From Neisseria sp. Ec49-e6-T10 (GTDB taxonomy: Bacteria; Pseudomonadota; Gammaproteobacteria; Burkholderiales; Neisseriaceae): 64,000 nucleotides of DNA. The stretch covers positions 1,278,859-1,342,858 of the forward strand of contig NZ_CP152375.1 of NCBI RefSeq assembly GCF_051132615.1, given 5' to 3'. Positions 42,434 to 52,288 of the stretch are shown here, piece after piece; the stretch's first letter is position 1, and each line of letters starts with the position of its first letter. The notes under the pieces were generated by a model, which saw only the letters and a list, made by a program, of their open reading frames with translations, did not search any database and was not told where the DNA came from. The position numbers and the translations under genes are program-made.

Positions 42434-43537
42434 ATGACTAATCAAACCGTTTATAATTTTTCTGCTGGCCCTGCTGTATTACCAAAAAGTGTTTTATTAC
42501 AAGCACAAGAAGAAATGCTCGATTATCAAGGCTCAGGCATGTCTGTTATGGAAATGAGCCATCGTGGCAGCATTTTTATGGATATCCTCACCACAGCTGA
42601 ACAAAATTTACGCGACTTAATGGGTATCCCATCCAATTATAAAGTACTGTTTTTACAAGGGGGAGCTTATACCCAGTTTAGTATGGTACCACTGAATCTA
42701 GCTGGTGGTTTTGAGACAATGGACGCAGTGGTTTCTGGCACATGGAGTTTAAATGCCAGCAAACAAATGGGGTACTTAAGCGAAGCAAAAGTACATATTG
42801 CCGCCAACTCTATCCAAAATAACCAGTTTTCCTATGCACCATTACCCGAAAATTGGCAAATAAGCCCTAACAGTGCATTTACACACTTTGCCTCAAACGA
42901 AACAGCCAATGGCTTACAATACCAACAATTGCCTTCTTTTCCAAAAGAAACGACATTAGTATGTGATATGTCCAGTGATATTCTTTCTCGTCCCATCAAC
43001 GTCAATGATTTTGGCTTGATTTATGCAGGGGCACAAAAAAATATTGGTGCTGCTGGTGCAACTATTGTGATTATTCGAGAAGACTTATTAGACAGAACCC
43101 GAAACGATGTGCCCGATATATGGCGTTACCAAAGCTTTATCAAAAAACAAGGGATGTACAACACCCCTTGTACTTATGCAATTTATATAGCAGGTTTGGT
43201 ATTTAAATGGTTAAAAGCCCAAGGAGGCGTACACACCATTGAACAACTGAACCAACAAAAAGCAACTTTATTGTACGAGATGATAAACCAAAGTGAAGGA
43301 TTCTATCGCAACCCTATTCAAACAGATTTTCGCTCTAAAATGAATGTGGTTTTTTATACCCCTAATGAACAACTTGATGCTTTATTTGTGCAAGAAGCTG
43401 AAAAACAAGGGCTCAAAGGATTAAAAGGCTATGCCAGTATGGGAGGAATGAGAGCAAGCATTTATAATGGTATGTCGCTTAATGGGGTACAAATTTTAGC
43501 TGATTTTATGAAAAATTTTCAGCAAAAACACCAATAA
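42434..43537 (+). CDS. serC: phosphoserine aminotransferase
   Basis: 367 aa; NFSAGPA N-terminus, class V aminotransferase fold. Confidence 0.92.
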   Translation: MTNQTVYNFSAGPAVLPKSVLLQAQEEMLDYQGSGMSVMEMSHRGSIFMDILTTAEQNLRDLMGIPSNYKVLFLQGGAYTQFSMVPLNLAGGFETMDAVVSGTWSLNASKQMGYLSEAKVHIAANSIQNNQFSYAPLPENWQISPNSAFTHFASNETANGLQYQQLPSFPKETTLVCDMSSDILSRPINVNDFGLIYAGAQKNIGAAGATIVIIREDLLDRTRNDVPDIWRYQSFIKKQGMYNTPCTYAIYIAGLVFKWLKAQGGVHTIEQLNQQKATLLYEMINQSEGFYRNPIQTDFRSKMNVVFYTPNEQLDALFVQEAEKQGLKGLKGYASMGGMRASIYNGMSLNGVQILADFMKNFQQKHQ

Positions 43538-43652
43538 TGGTGCGACAAAAAAGCTGGGATTCATTAAACATTTAATGAATCCTTGCCTCTAACAGAAAAG
43601 ATTCATACAATCAAGTCACATGTCCCTTTTTTGCATATGACAAAAGTCGATT

Positions 43653-44051
43653 ATGAACAACCTGATTTTTCGAACCCAACAAGAATTAGACGCGTTGGCA
43701 ACTGACCCCGCTCATGGCAATAAGGGCGTAGATAAAAAAGGGATTGCTGAACGTGAAGTTGGCTTAGCTTTAGAAGCCAAAGGAGAAGTATGTGGCTTAA
43801 TCAGAGACCCATCAGGGCTTGCTGACTTCATTGATCAAACAGGACAAAAATGGGATGTTAAAGGTTTTCGCTCTCAGCACTCAGTAGAAAAATACTCTTT
43901 AGAAATGGCTTTAGCACATATTCAAAAAAGTATTGATCAAAATGAATATGTAATGCTGGATACGCGTGAAATGGTAGAACATGATATTCAGGAATTAACC
44001 AATGAACTCATCCATAGAGGCTTGATTAACAAAGTCAAAATATGGCCTTAA
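43653..44051 (+). CDS. hypothetical protein (132 aa), no recognised family
   Basis: Solitary ORF between serC and secB; no signal peptide; moderately charged. Confidence 0.45.
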   Translation: MNNLIFRTQQELDALATDPAHGNKGVDKKGIAEREVGLALEAKGEVCGLIRDPSGLADFIDQTGQKWDVKGFRSQHSVEKYSLEMALAHIQKSIDQNEYVMLDTREMVEHDIQELTNELIHRGLINKVKIWP

Positions 44052-44237
44052 CTGATTAATTTTCAGGATAACAAACCCAATATAAATCTGGTTCATGAAA
44101 AAACAAAACGAACACATCTATCACCTTCTTATGCAATTGACTCTTTAATCTAAACTTCCAACAACATGAATTTACTAGGTTAGAAACAAAAAAGCCACTG
44201 ACAATCAGTGGCTTTAACAATAAGAACCAAACGATTA

Positions 44238-44699
44238 TTATTGTACAGTTTGTCCTTCGTTTTCTTTATTCATTTCCAATCTTTGCAAATACATGGCTTC
44301 AAAATTAATAGGAGCCAATAATACAGGCGCAAAACCCGCACGAGTAGTAATGTCTGATACAACTTCACGTGCATATGGGAATAAAATATTAGGGCATGCA
44401 ACAGCCAAAATAGGCTCTAACTCTTCTTCAGGAATATCTTGAATACGGAATACCGCTGCTTGTTTCACTTCACAAACAAACATTGCCTTGCCATCAGGTA
44501 ATTTTGCCGTAATGGTCACACCAATAGTGCAATCAAAAAAACCTTCTTCAATTTGTTTGCCTTCTGTGGTCACTTGCATATCCACTTCAGGTTGTTCCTG
44601 ATTCAAAAAAACTTGAGGAGCGCTTGGCACTTCTAAAGAAATGTCTTTAGTATAAATTTTTTCGATTCCAAATACGGGTTGTTTTTGCTCTTCGCTCAT
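44238..44699 (-). CDS. secB: protein-export chaperone SecB
   Basis: [23 protein letters not shown]… matches SecB; start at ATG 44699 with AAAGAG RBS; acidic C-terminal tail. Confidence 0.9.
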   Translation of the reverse strand: MSEEQKQPVFGIEKIYTKDISLEVPSAPQVFLNQEQPEVDMQVTTEGKQIEEGFFDCTIGVTITAKLPDGKAMFVCEVKQAAVFRIQDIPEEELEPILAVACPNILFPYAREVVSDITTRAGFAPVLLAPINFEAMYLQRLEMNKENEGQTVQ

Positions 44700-44756
44700 T
44701 ATTGACTCTTTCAAATAATAGAAAAGGGGGTTCCCCCTTTATATGTTTACCAAAAC

Positions 44757-45014
44757 TTAATCTGCTAATAAAGTATCCAATTTACCTGCTTGATTCAACG
44801 CATTTAAATCATCAAATCCACCAACATGTGTCTCGCCTATAAAAATTTGAGGTACGGTTCTGCGGCCTGTAATTTGCATCATATGATCCCGTTGAGTAGG
44901 ATCCGTATCAATACGAATTTCCTCTACAGCACTGACCCCTTTTTGAGCCAATAACTGCTTTGCTCTCATACAATATGGGCATTGGGCTGTTGTGTACATT
45001 TTAACGGGTTTCAT
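44757..45014 (-). CDS. grxC: glutaredoxin 3
   Basis: 85 aa, CPYC active site, conserved grxC-secB arrangement; GGGGG/CCCCC hairpin between the two genes. Confidence 0.9.
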   Translation of the reverse strand: MKPVKMYTTAQCPYCMRAKQLLAQKGVSAVEEIRIDTDPTQRDHMMQITGRRTVPQIFIGETHVGGFDDLNALNQAGKLDTLLAD

Positions 45015-45249
45015 TGTTTATTCCTCTCTATTTTATAGCTGTGATGTGTGTTTATATTGGGTAACTTCAGTCATTTTCAACTACTGAGTATTATTTTACC
45101 ATTAATTTTATGGTCTTTATCCAAAAACTATCAGCCTATTTAGGTACATTTTATGCAAACGACTCAATTATTTTATTGATTTGACTTGCTTCAAAATAAA
45201 ACGGGTGTTAAAACATCACACTAACGACAGATTTTCATTACATCATACT

Positions 45250-46572
45250 ATGAATAACCCTAATGCTCAGTTTATTGCCCTTTTCCGTGAAGCGGCACCT
45301 TATATACACCAATTTAGAGACAAAACATTTGTTATTGGTTTAAGCGGTCATACTCTGCTGGATAAAAGCATTGAGCATATTGCCCAAGATATTGGTTTAT
45401 TAGCCAGTTTAGGGGTACGCCTTGTGTTGGTACATGGAGCCAGACCACAAATTGAAACCGCATTACAAGCGCATCAAATAGCCAGCGTGGTACACAAACA
45501 TACTCGAGTCACAGACCTGCCCACTTTAAGTATCATTAAACAGGTTTTTGGTGCAGCACGCTTTGATATTGAAGCAAACTTATCTATGGGTATGCCCAAC
45601 TCACCCATGTATGGAGCAGGCATTAAAACAGCATCAGGTAACTTTATTACAGCAAAACCTTTAGGTGTGCTTGATGGTATTGATATGCAACTTTCTGGCA
45701 CGGTACGCAAGGTTGACAAACTGACGATTCAAAAACGCTTAGATGAAGGCTGTGTCGTACTGGTTAGCCCATTAGGCTACTCTTTGTCAGGGGAAACATT
45801 TAATTTAAAGATGGAAGAAGTCGCCAGTCAAATTGCCCAATCACTACAAGCCGAAAAACTGATTTACCTGATTGAAGGCCAAGGTTTATTTACTCAAGAG
45901 CAGACATTAATCAGCTCATTAAGTGCACAAGAAGCGCAAGCAGTTTTACACAATACCCCTCAAGCACAAGATGTGACCATTGCCTTGCCTTTTGCCATAA
46001 AAGCCCTAAACAATGGTGTTAGTCGTGCCCATCTCCTATCCGCTAAGCAAAATGGCGTACTTTTGAGCGAATTATTTACCCGTACAGGCTCTGGTACTTC
46101 TATTGCGAGGTCGGCTTTTGTACAAATAAGGGAAGCGACCATTGATGATATTCCATCAATCATGGCCATTATTCAGCCTTTAGAAGAAGCAGGCATTTTA
46201 CGAAAACGCAGCCGCGAGACCATTGAAAACCATATTCAAAGCTATTCGGTTCTGGTCAATGACAATCAAATTTATGGTTGTATTGCCATTAAAACATTTG
46301 CCAAAGAACCCGATATGGCTGAACTTGCCTGTTTAGCCGTTGCACCCATTACGCAAGAAAGTGGCTATGGTCAACTGTTAGTCAATCATTTGGAACAAAA
46401 AGCATTCAAAATGGGGGTGCGTAAATTGTTTTTACTGACCACCCAAACCGCCCATTGGTTTATTGAGCGTGGTTTTAAAGAAGCCACCCTAGCTGACCTA
46501 CCCAAAGAGAAGCAAAAGCTTTACAATTACGAAAGACGTTCAAAAATACTGATGAAAAACTTAGTCAATTGA
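45250..46572 (+). CDS. argA: amino-acid N-acetyltransferase (N-acetylglutamate synthase)
   Basis: 441 aa; AAK kinase-like domain followed by GNAT domain; N-terminus …FREAAPYIHQFRDKTFVIGL… aligns with ArgA; start at ATG 45250. Confidence 0.9.
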   Translation: MNNPNAQFIALFREAAPYIHQFRDKTFVIGLSGHTLLDKSIEHIAQDIGLLASLGVRLVLVHGARPQIETALQAHQIASVVHKHTRVTDLPTLSIIKQVFGAARFDIEANLSMGMPNSPMYGAGIKTASGNFITAKPLGVLDGIDMQLSGTVRKVDKLTIQKRLDEGCVVLVSPLGYSLSGETFNLKMEEVASQIAQSLQAEKLIYLIEGQGLFTQEQTLISSLSAQEAQAVLHNTPQAQDVTIALPFAIKALNNGVSRAHLLSAKQNGVLLSELFTRTGSGTSIARSAFVQIREATIDDIPSIMAIIQPLEEAGILRKRSRETIENHIQSYSVLVNDNQIYGCIAIKTFAKEPDMAELACLAVAPITQESGYGQLLVNHLEQKAFKMGVRKLFLLTTQTAHWFIERGFKEATLADLPKEKQKLYNYERRSKILMKNLVN

Positions 46573-46596
46573 CTATAAACACAAGGAAAAACACAC

Positions 46597-46866
46597 ATGG
46601 GACATATGGTTCAATGCGTTAAGCTAAAAAAAGAAGCAGAAGGTTTAGACTTTCCACCTCTGCCAAATGAATTGGGTAAAAAAATTTACGAAAACGTATC
46701 GAAAGAAGCATGGAAAGGCTGGTTGGGTTTTCAAACCATGTTGATTAATGAAAACCGTTTAAGCCTAGCTGACCCACAAGCCCGCCAATACTTAGCCACT
46801 CAAATGGAAAACTACTTTTTTGGTGAACAACAAGGCATGCCCGCTGGATACACTCCACAACAATAA
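46597..46866 (+). CDS. yggX: Fe(2+)-trafficking protein YggX
   Basis: 89 aa; …[35 protein letters not shown]… is the YggX signature. Confidence 0.88.
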   Translation: MGHMVQCVKLKKEAEGLDFPPLPNELGKKIYENVSKEAWKGWLGFQTMLINENRLSLADPQARQYLATQMENYFFGEQQGMPAGYTPQQ

Positions 46867-46879
46867 AACTCAGTAATAA

Positions 46880-46910
46880 AAAGGCCTGAATCAACAGGCC
46901 TTTTTCTCAT
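46880..46910. terminator. bidirectional terminator
   Basis: AAAAAGGCCTGaatcaaCAGGCCTTTTT. Confidence 0.7.
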
Positions 46911-46918
46911 TTTAATGT

Positions 46919-47659
46919 CTATTTTGTCCATATTTCTGAATTTTTATTCCAAATACTGTTCGGATCAGTCATCAATGTTTTGATGTTACCGATCAAATCA
47001 ATAGGGGTATTTCCAAAAGATAAAGCTCGACCAGTTAAAAAAGACACCGCATATTCAGACCAACTACCATATCGATCCTGAGCCATTTTGCGTGCTGTTT
47101 CCAAATATTGACTGGCCTCTTTTGCGGTTAAAAAACCAGCTAAATAACTGTATCTGGCAATCACTGCAATACGTTCAATATCCCAAGCATCAATATTTTT
47201 AAAATTTTTGGCTTCTTCTTCAGAAAACCCCAAAGTGTCTACCATTGCGCGACGATACGCAATCACATCCGCTTCTTCGTCAATACCGTCATCCAATAAC
47301 ATCATAATATTTGGTTCTGAACGATGCCCTTTATTTACCAGCCAATCCAATTGTTTTTTCGCTGTTGCGGCATCCGTTACATCCCAATTATGGGCTAATA
47401 CAGATTGCACATTGGCCTCATCATACGCCTTGCCCATATTTAACTCATCAATATGTTCAGCAGGCAAGACAATGGCACCAAAAGCCAAAAGCGAAGCATC
47501 AATTGCTTCAGCTGGCGCTTCAGTATGTTGTTGCGCTGGTTCAGAAACAACAGTTTTGGTATCGGTAGAAGGAGACGGTTGTGGATCATCACCACAACTG
47601 CTCAAAAATGCCGAGCTTAAAATAGCCATCACAGCCAATGCAATTGTTTTATTTCTCAT
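46919..47659 (-). CDS. hypothetical lipoprotein
   Basis: Lipobox LSSC after signal peptide; 246 aa; Thr/Pro-rich linker then globular domain. Confidence 0.6.
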   Translation of the reverse strand: MRNKTIALAVMAILSSAFLSSCGDDPQPSPSTDTKTVVSEPAQQHTEAPAEAIDASLLAFGAIVLPAEHIDELNMGKAYDEANVQSVLAHNWDVTDAATAKKQLDWLVNKGHRSEPNIMMLLDDGIDEEADVIAYRRAMVDTLGFSEEEAKNFKNIDAWDIERIAVIARYSYLAGFLTAKEASQYLETARKMAQDRYGSWSEYAVSFLTGRALSFGNTPIDLIGNIKTLMTDPNSIWNKNSEIWTK

Positions 47660-47805
47660 TTTATTATATTCCAGAATAAATTTTAGTTTTCTGTCATCAA
47701 ATGTTTCATCGCCATATTGTACTGAATTGTAATCGTTTCGTATATAAAATCAGAGAAACGGTATCATAAAAAGATAAAGCTGGAGTATTTTTGAGATTTT
47801 TTTGG

Positions 47806-47910
47806 GAAGGTGGCGAGCCTAACCCTCGGCACTAACAAACTTAACTTGGGCTGCTTGCTTCCGCACCTGACCCGTTGAGCTAAACTGCTATGCGAGGAGA
47901 CCCGCCATTG
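47806..47910 (-). ncRNA. ffs: signal recognition particle 4.5S RNA
   Basis: Reverse strand contains GGTCAGGTGCGGAAGCAAGCAGCC, the SRP RNA domain IV consensus; terminal helix UGGCGGGUCU/AGGCUCGCCA; GC-rich island in AT-rich spacer. Confidence 0.85.
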
Positions 47911-48061
47911 AGATTGGCAAATATACCAGCATTTACCTTATTCGCCAAGCGTTTTATCGTAAAAAGAGACAGCATAGTCAAAAACCACTCAAAAAACCGA
48001 CAATTTAATATTTATTACATTAAATAATATCAATCACAATTAATATATAAAAATAGTGGGT

Positions 48062-48871
48062 TCAAATATTTTGATTCATGTCTAGAGCAGGTGTTTGTTT
48101 TGGGCTATTGGCAACCACACGAGCAGGCACCCCAACCACAGTGGAATAAGCAGGCACATCTTCCAACACCACACTGCCAGCGCCAACCTTAGCACATTCA
48201 CCCACTGTAATATTGCCTAAAATGGACGCATTTGCCCCAATTAACACACCCTCTTTAATTTTCGGATGACGGTCCCCACTGGCTTTACCCGACCCACCTA
48301 AAGTGACCCCATGAAGCATCGACACATTGTCTCCAATAACGGCTGTTTCACCCACCACAACGCCCGTACCATGATCGATCATAATGCCTTTGCCTAGCTT
48401 AGCAGCAGGGTGAATATCCACCCCCATCACTTCTGAAATACGGTTTTGTAAAAAATAGGCCAAACTGTCATGCCCTTTATGCCAAAGCCAATGCGTGACC
48501 CTTTGGCTTTGAATGGCATGGAAACCCTTAAAATATAAAAGAGGCAAAGAATAATAGTCACAGGCAGGGTCACGATCATAACAAGCAATAATATCAGCAT
48601 GCATCGCATGGCTAATTTGCGGATCTTCTTTTAATGCTTCTTTAAATAATTCTTGTAATGCTCGAGCATCCATCACTTGGCTGGCCAACTTACTGGATAA
48701 ATGAAAAGCCAACACGTCATCCAAACTTTGATGACGCAATACCGTCAAATGAATAAAGCTGGCCAAAAGCGGTTCGACTTTAACAGCCTGTTCCGCCTCA
48801 AAAAAAATGGTACGCCATAAATCTTCTGCAACAATATCCGCTTGTATATCATGTTGCTGAGTATCCATCAC
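48062..48871 (-). CDS. cysE: serine O-acetyltransferase
   Basis: 269 aa; N-terminal SATase helical domain plus C-terminal hexapeptide beta-helix. Confidence 0.9.
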   Translation of the reverse strand: MMDTQQHDIQADIVAEDLWRTIFFEAEQAVKVEPLLASFIHLTVLRHQSLDDVLAFHLSSKLASQVMDARALQELFKEALKEDPQISHAMHADIIACYDRDPACDYYSLPLLYFKGFHAIQSQRVTHWLWHKGHDSLAYFLQNRISEVMGVDIHPAAKLGKGIMIDHGTGVVVGETAVIGDNVSMLHGVTLGGSGKASGDRHPKIKEGVLIGANASILGNITVGECAKVGAGSVVLEDVPAYSTVVGVPARVVANSPKQTPALDMNQNI

Positions 48872-48880
48872 TTTTACTCC

Positions 48881-50392
48881 TTACAATAAAACCACATCGA
48901 ATTGCTCTTGAGTATAAGTGCTTTCTACTGCTAAGAAAATAGGTTTCCCCACAAAATCAACCAGCATCGCCAACGATTGTGACTCTTCATCTAAAAACAT
49001 CTCAATCACACTTGGCGCGGCCAAAATTCTGAATCCTTTAACATCATACCGTCTGGCTTCTCGCACAATTTCTCGTTGAATCTCATAACAAACCGTAATG
49101 GCTGTTTTGACTCTGCCCCTGCCTACACAACACGCACAAGGTTCACACAATACATGCGACAAACTGTCCCTTGTGCGTTTACGGGTAATTTCAACCAAAC
49201 CTAAACTGGTAAAACCATTTACCGTTACACGGGTACGGTCAAAACTTAATGCTTTGGTTAACTCCTGCATCACAATTTGTTGGTGTTCTTCATTTTCCAT
49301 ATCAATGAAGTCCACAATAATCATGCCACCCAAATTTCTTAAGCGTAACTGCCTAGCCAGCATATGCGTGGCTTCTAAATTGGTTTTGAATATCGTTTCG
49401 TCAAAACTACGGTTGCCGACAAAACCACCTGTATTAATATCAATGGTGGTCATCGCTTCAGTTTGATCAATAATTAAATAGCCTCCAAACTTTAAACTTA
49501 CCTTTGGCTGCAAAGCTTTATTGATTTCCCCTTCAACCCCAAACATTTCAAAAATCGGGCTCTCCCCTGCATGGTGTTCAATTTTAGGATATGCCGAATG
49601 AACATACTGTTCAGCAAACTCACGCATTTTATTGTAGTTCTCAGTAGAGTCCACAATAATTTTCATGGTCTTTTGCCCCGTCATATCGCGTAAAACACGT
49701 AAGCTCAAAGGTAAATCCTGAAAAATCATGGTTTCTGGTGCAGCCGTTTTAGCTTTTTCCTGAATATCCGCCCACAATTTGGTCAAAAACAATACATCTG
49801 AAGCCAACTCTTCATCCGTAGCCGTTTCTGCACTGGTGCGAATAATATAGCCACGAGAACCACCTTCAGGCAGCACCTTTTCTAAACGCTCTTTTAAAGC
49901 CAAACGCTCTTCTTCTATTTCAATGCGTTGTGAAATACCAATATGACCATCTTGAGGTAAATGCACCAAAAAGCGGCCAGCCAATGAAATTTGCGTACTT
50001 AAACGAGCCCCTTTGGTATTAATAGGGTCTTTAATCACCTGAACTAAAATCGTTTGACCTTCAAACAATACATGCTCAATACGCTGAGGAACAATCACCT
50101 CTTCCTCATTTCTTGGCTCAAGCCTCGGTTCAAATACATCAACAATATGCAAAAATGCCGAACGTTCCAACCCTATATCAATAAACGCACTTTGCATACC
50201 AGGCAATACTCGCTTGACCAAGCCAAGATAAATATTACCCACCAAACCATGGCTGCTTTCGCGTTCAATGTGGATTTCTTTAACCACCTCTTCTTCAAGA
50301 ATCGCAACCCGTGTTTCTTGGGGCGTAATATTGATTAAAATATTTTCTGGTGGACGATCAATATCTTTTAATAATGGAATTGCTTGTAACAT
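48881..50392 (-). CDS. rng: ribonuclease G (RNase E/G family)
   Basis: 503 aa; S1 domain, DNase I-like and Zn-link (CEPCACC) region; conserved maf-rng order. Confidence 0.88.
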   Translation of the reverse strand: MLQAIPLLKDIDRPPENILINITPQETRVAILEEEVVKEIHIERESSHGLVGNIYLGLVKRVLPGMQSAFIDIGLERSAFLHIVDVFEPRLEPRNEEEVIVPQRIEHVLFEGQTILVQVIKDPINTKGARLSTQISLAGRFLVHLPQDGHIGISQRIEIEEERLALKERLEKVLPEGGSRGYIIRTSAETATDEELASDVLFLTKLWADIQEKAKTAAPETMIFQDLPLSLRVLRDMTGQKTMKIIVDSTENYNKMREFAEQYVHSAYPKIEHHAGESPIFEMFGVEGEINKALQPKVSLKFGGYLIIDQTEAMTTIDINTGGFVGNRSFDETIFKTNLEATHMLARQLRLRNLGGMIIVDFIDMENEEHQQIVMQELTKALSFDRTRVTVNGFTSLGLVEITRKRTRDSLSHVLCEPCACCVGRGRVKTAITVCYEIQREIVREARRYDVKGFRILAAPSVIEMFLDEESQSLAMLVDFVGKPIFLAVESTYTQEQFDVVLL

Positions 50393-50411
50393 AAAAACCT
50401 ACTTTTTATTT

Positions 50412-51032
50412 TTAATCATTCTTTTCCTGATCCAACTGGCTCATATCGGGCAGATGGATTTTGCATTGTTCAAGTAATTGTGCCGTTTCAAAAATGGGCA
50501 GCCCCATCACACTGGAGTAGCTACCGGCAATATGCGTCACAAACAAGGCACCCAAGCCTTGAATACCATAAGCCCCAGCCTTATCAAGCGGCTCTCTGGT
50601 ATGAATATAAGCATCAATGCTTTGTTCTGTTAATTGTGTTAAAGTAACTTGACTTATTTGTTCTTTTTGTAAAAACTGCCCTTCATAAACCACACACACA
50701 GAACTGATCACCTGGTGGGTTTGTCCAGACAAAATACCCAATATTTCCTTTGCCTGTTCTGGATCCTTGGGTTTACCATAAATGGTATCATTTAATGAAA
50801 CAATGGTATCAGCCACGATAATTGGCGCTTTTGGCAACATAAGCTGTTTTTTACGCTCCACAGCAGCATGCGCCTTAAGTAAAGTGACCCTTTTTACATA
50901 TTCTTCTGGCAACTCAGCGTCTTTTGGGGTTTCATCGATAGTCATCAGTATTTTTTGAGGGTTCAGCCCCATTTGTTTAAGTAATTCAAAGCGACGCGGA
51001 CTACCTGAAGCTAAATACACCAGAGGTTTCAT
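50412..51032 (-). CDS. maf: Maf-like nucleoside triphosphate pyrophosphatase
   Basis: 206 aa, LASGSPRR N-terminus. Confidence 0.88.
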   Translation of the reverse strand: MKPLVYLASGSPRRFELLKQMGLNPQKILMTIDETPKDAELPEEYVKRVTLLKAHAAVERKKQLMLPKAPIIVADTIVSLNDTIYGKPKDPEQAKEILGILSGQTHQVISSVCVVYEGQFLQKEQISQVTLTQLTEQSIDAYIHTREPLDKAGAYGIQGLGALFVTHIAGSYSSVMGLPIFETAQLLEQCKIHLPDMSQLDQEKND

Positions 51033-51643
51033 AAAACAGACCTTACTCTATTGCTTGATTGTCAAAAAAACACAACTATAATTTTCCTATATTACCTGAA
51101 TAAGGATATTTTTGTCCGCTAAAATAACTTTATATTTAATAAAAATAGATTATTTTACCAAATAATTGACCTTGTCATTTTCAACAATATAATTAAACAA
51201 TAAGATAAAAACAAAAAAATTAAACAATAAATTAAAAATTAATTTTTAAAAAATAAATATATCTAATGATTAGAATAAAATATATTTTTGTAATTTAATT
51301 TTAAAAATTTATTTATTTTTACTATTTTTGATTTTTAAAGTCAGTCAATCAAACTCAACATTTTTTAATTATTTTGTTGTATGATTAAATACTTTTGGGA
51401 ATTTAACATATTTACGCTTTTATTTAGCAATGTTTTTTGCCTAACAACATCATTTTAACTTTCCAGAACATCATTGTTATTCACAAAAAATGAATACTGT
51501 TTTTTTAATTTCATTTATATTTCCCTTAACCGACGGTAGTCCCTTTATTATGCTATTTTGTGTATAAGGGATCATCCTAGTAAGGATTGCTTAATCTGAT
51601 AGACTACATTTCTGTATTTTTTAGTACAAACTGATCAGACTCA

Positions 51644-52180
51644 TCATTCATGATTTGCATTTATTTTTAATTGACTTGAAAGCGTTCGCTTACGAATTAG
51701 AGAGTTTTGTGGATCTGACTTAAGAAAACGAATAGGAATATATATTGGGAAATCAGCTATTGCGATCTTACTTTGGGTATCAACAATATCAGACCCTTCA
51801 TAATCTTGTCGCCGATACTCAAATTGATATGTTACGGTAAATGCTTTTTGCTCATCATCAATATTTTCAACTTCAATAGATACAACCTTTGCCTCAGTAT
51901 TGGTACCTAGTTTTTTCATTAGCTCTCTATCTCGATAGTACAAAATACTGGAATAAATCGTTGTGATACCAATTACTGCAAGCAAGATCCCTACCGCAAT
52001 AAAAATTACCCCAAGAATAATCACCAAAAAATTGCTTCTCAAAAAGAGTAATAAGACACCAAGTCCAATAAATGAAGTAGACAGCACACAAAAAACCATT
52101 ATTATCGAAGTATGTTTTTTGAAGGATTGTTTTAATGCATCATATTTATGCTTAGCGTTCTTTTTTTCTAACTCATCCAT
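51644..52180 (-). CDS. DUF3592-like small membrane protein
   Basis: 178 aa; two TM helices then beta-rich domain; located immediately after the truncated Rhs orphan (possible orphan immunity gene, speculative). Confidence 0.5.
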   Translation of the reverse strand: MDELEKKNAKHKYDALKQSFKKHTSIIMVFCVLSTSFIGLGVLLLFLRSNFLVIILGVIFIAVGILLAVIGITTIYSSILYYRDRELMKKLGTNTEAKVVSIEVENIDDEQKAFTVTYQFEYRRQDYEGSDIVDTQSKIAIADFPIYIPIRFLKSDPQNSLIRKRTLSSQLKINANHE

Positions 52181-52288
52181 TATTTATGTATAATTTCTCA
52201 AGCCTGTAATTTCTTGGAGAAACATCTTTTTACGTGAAGAATATCTTACTGAAATATTTTGTCGCTTCACACTCCACGACGAGACGGA

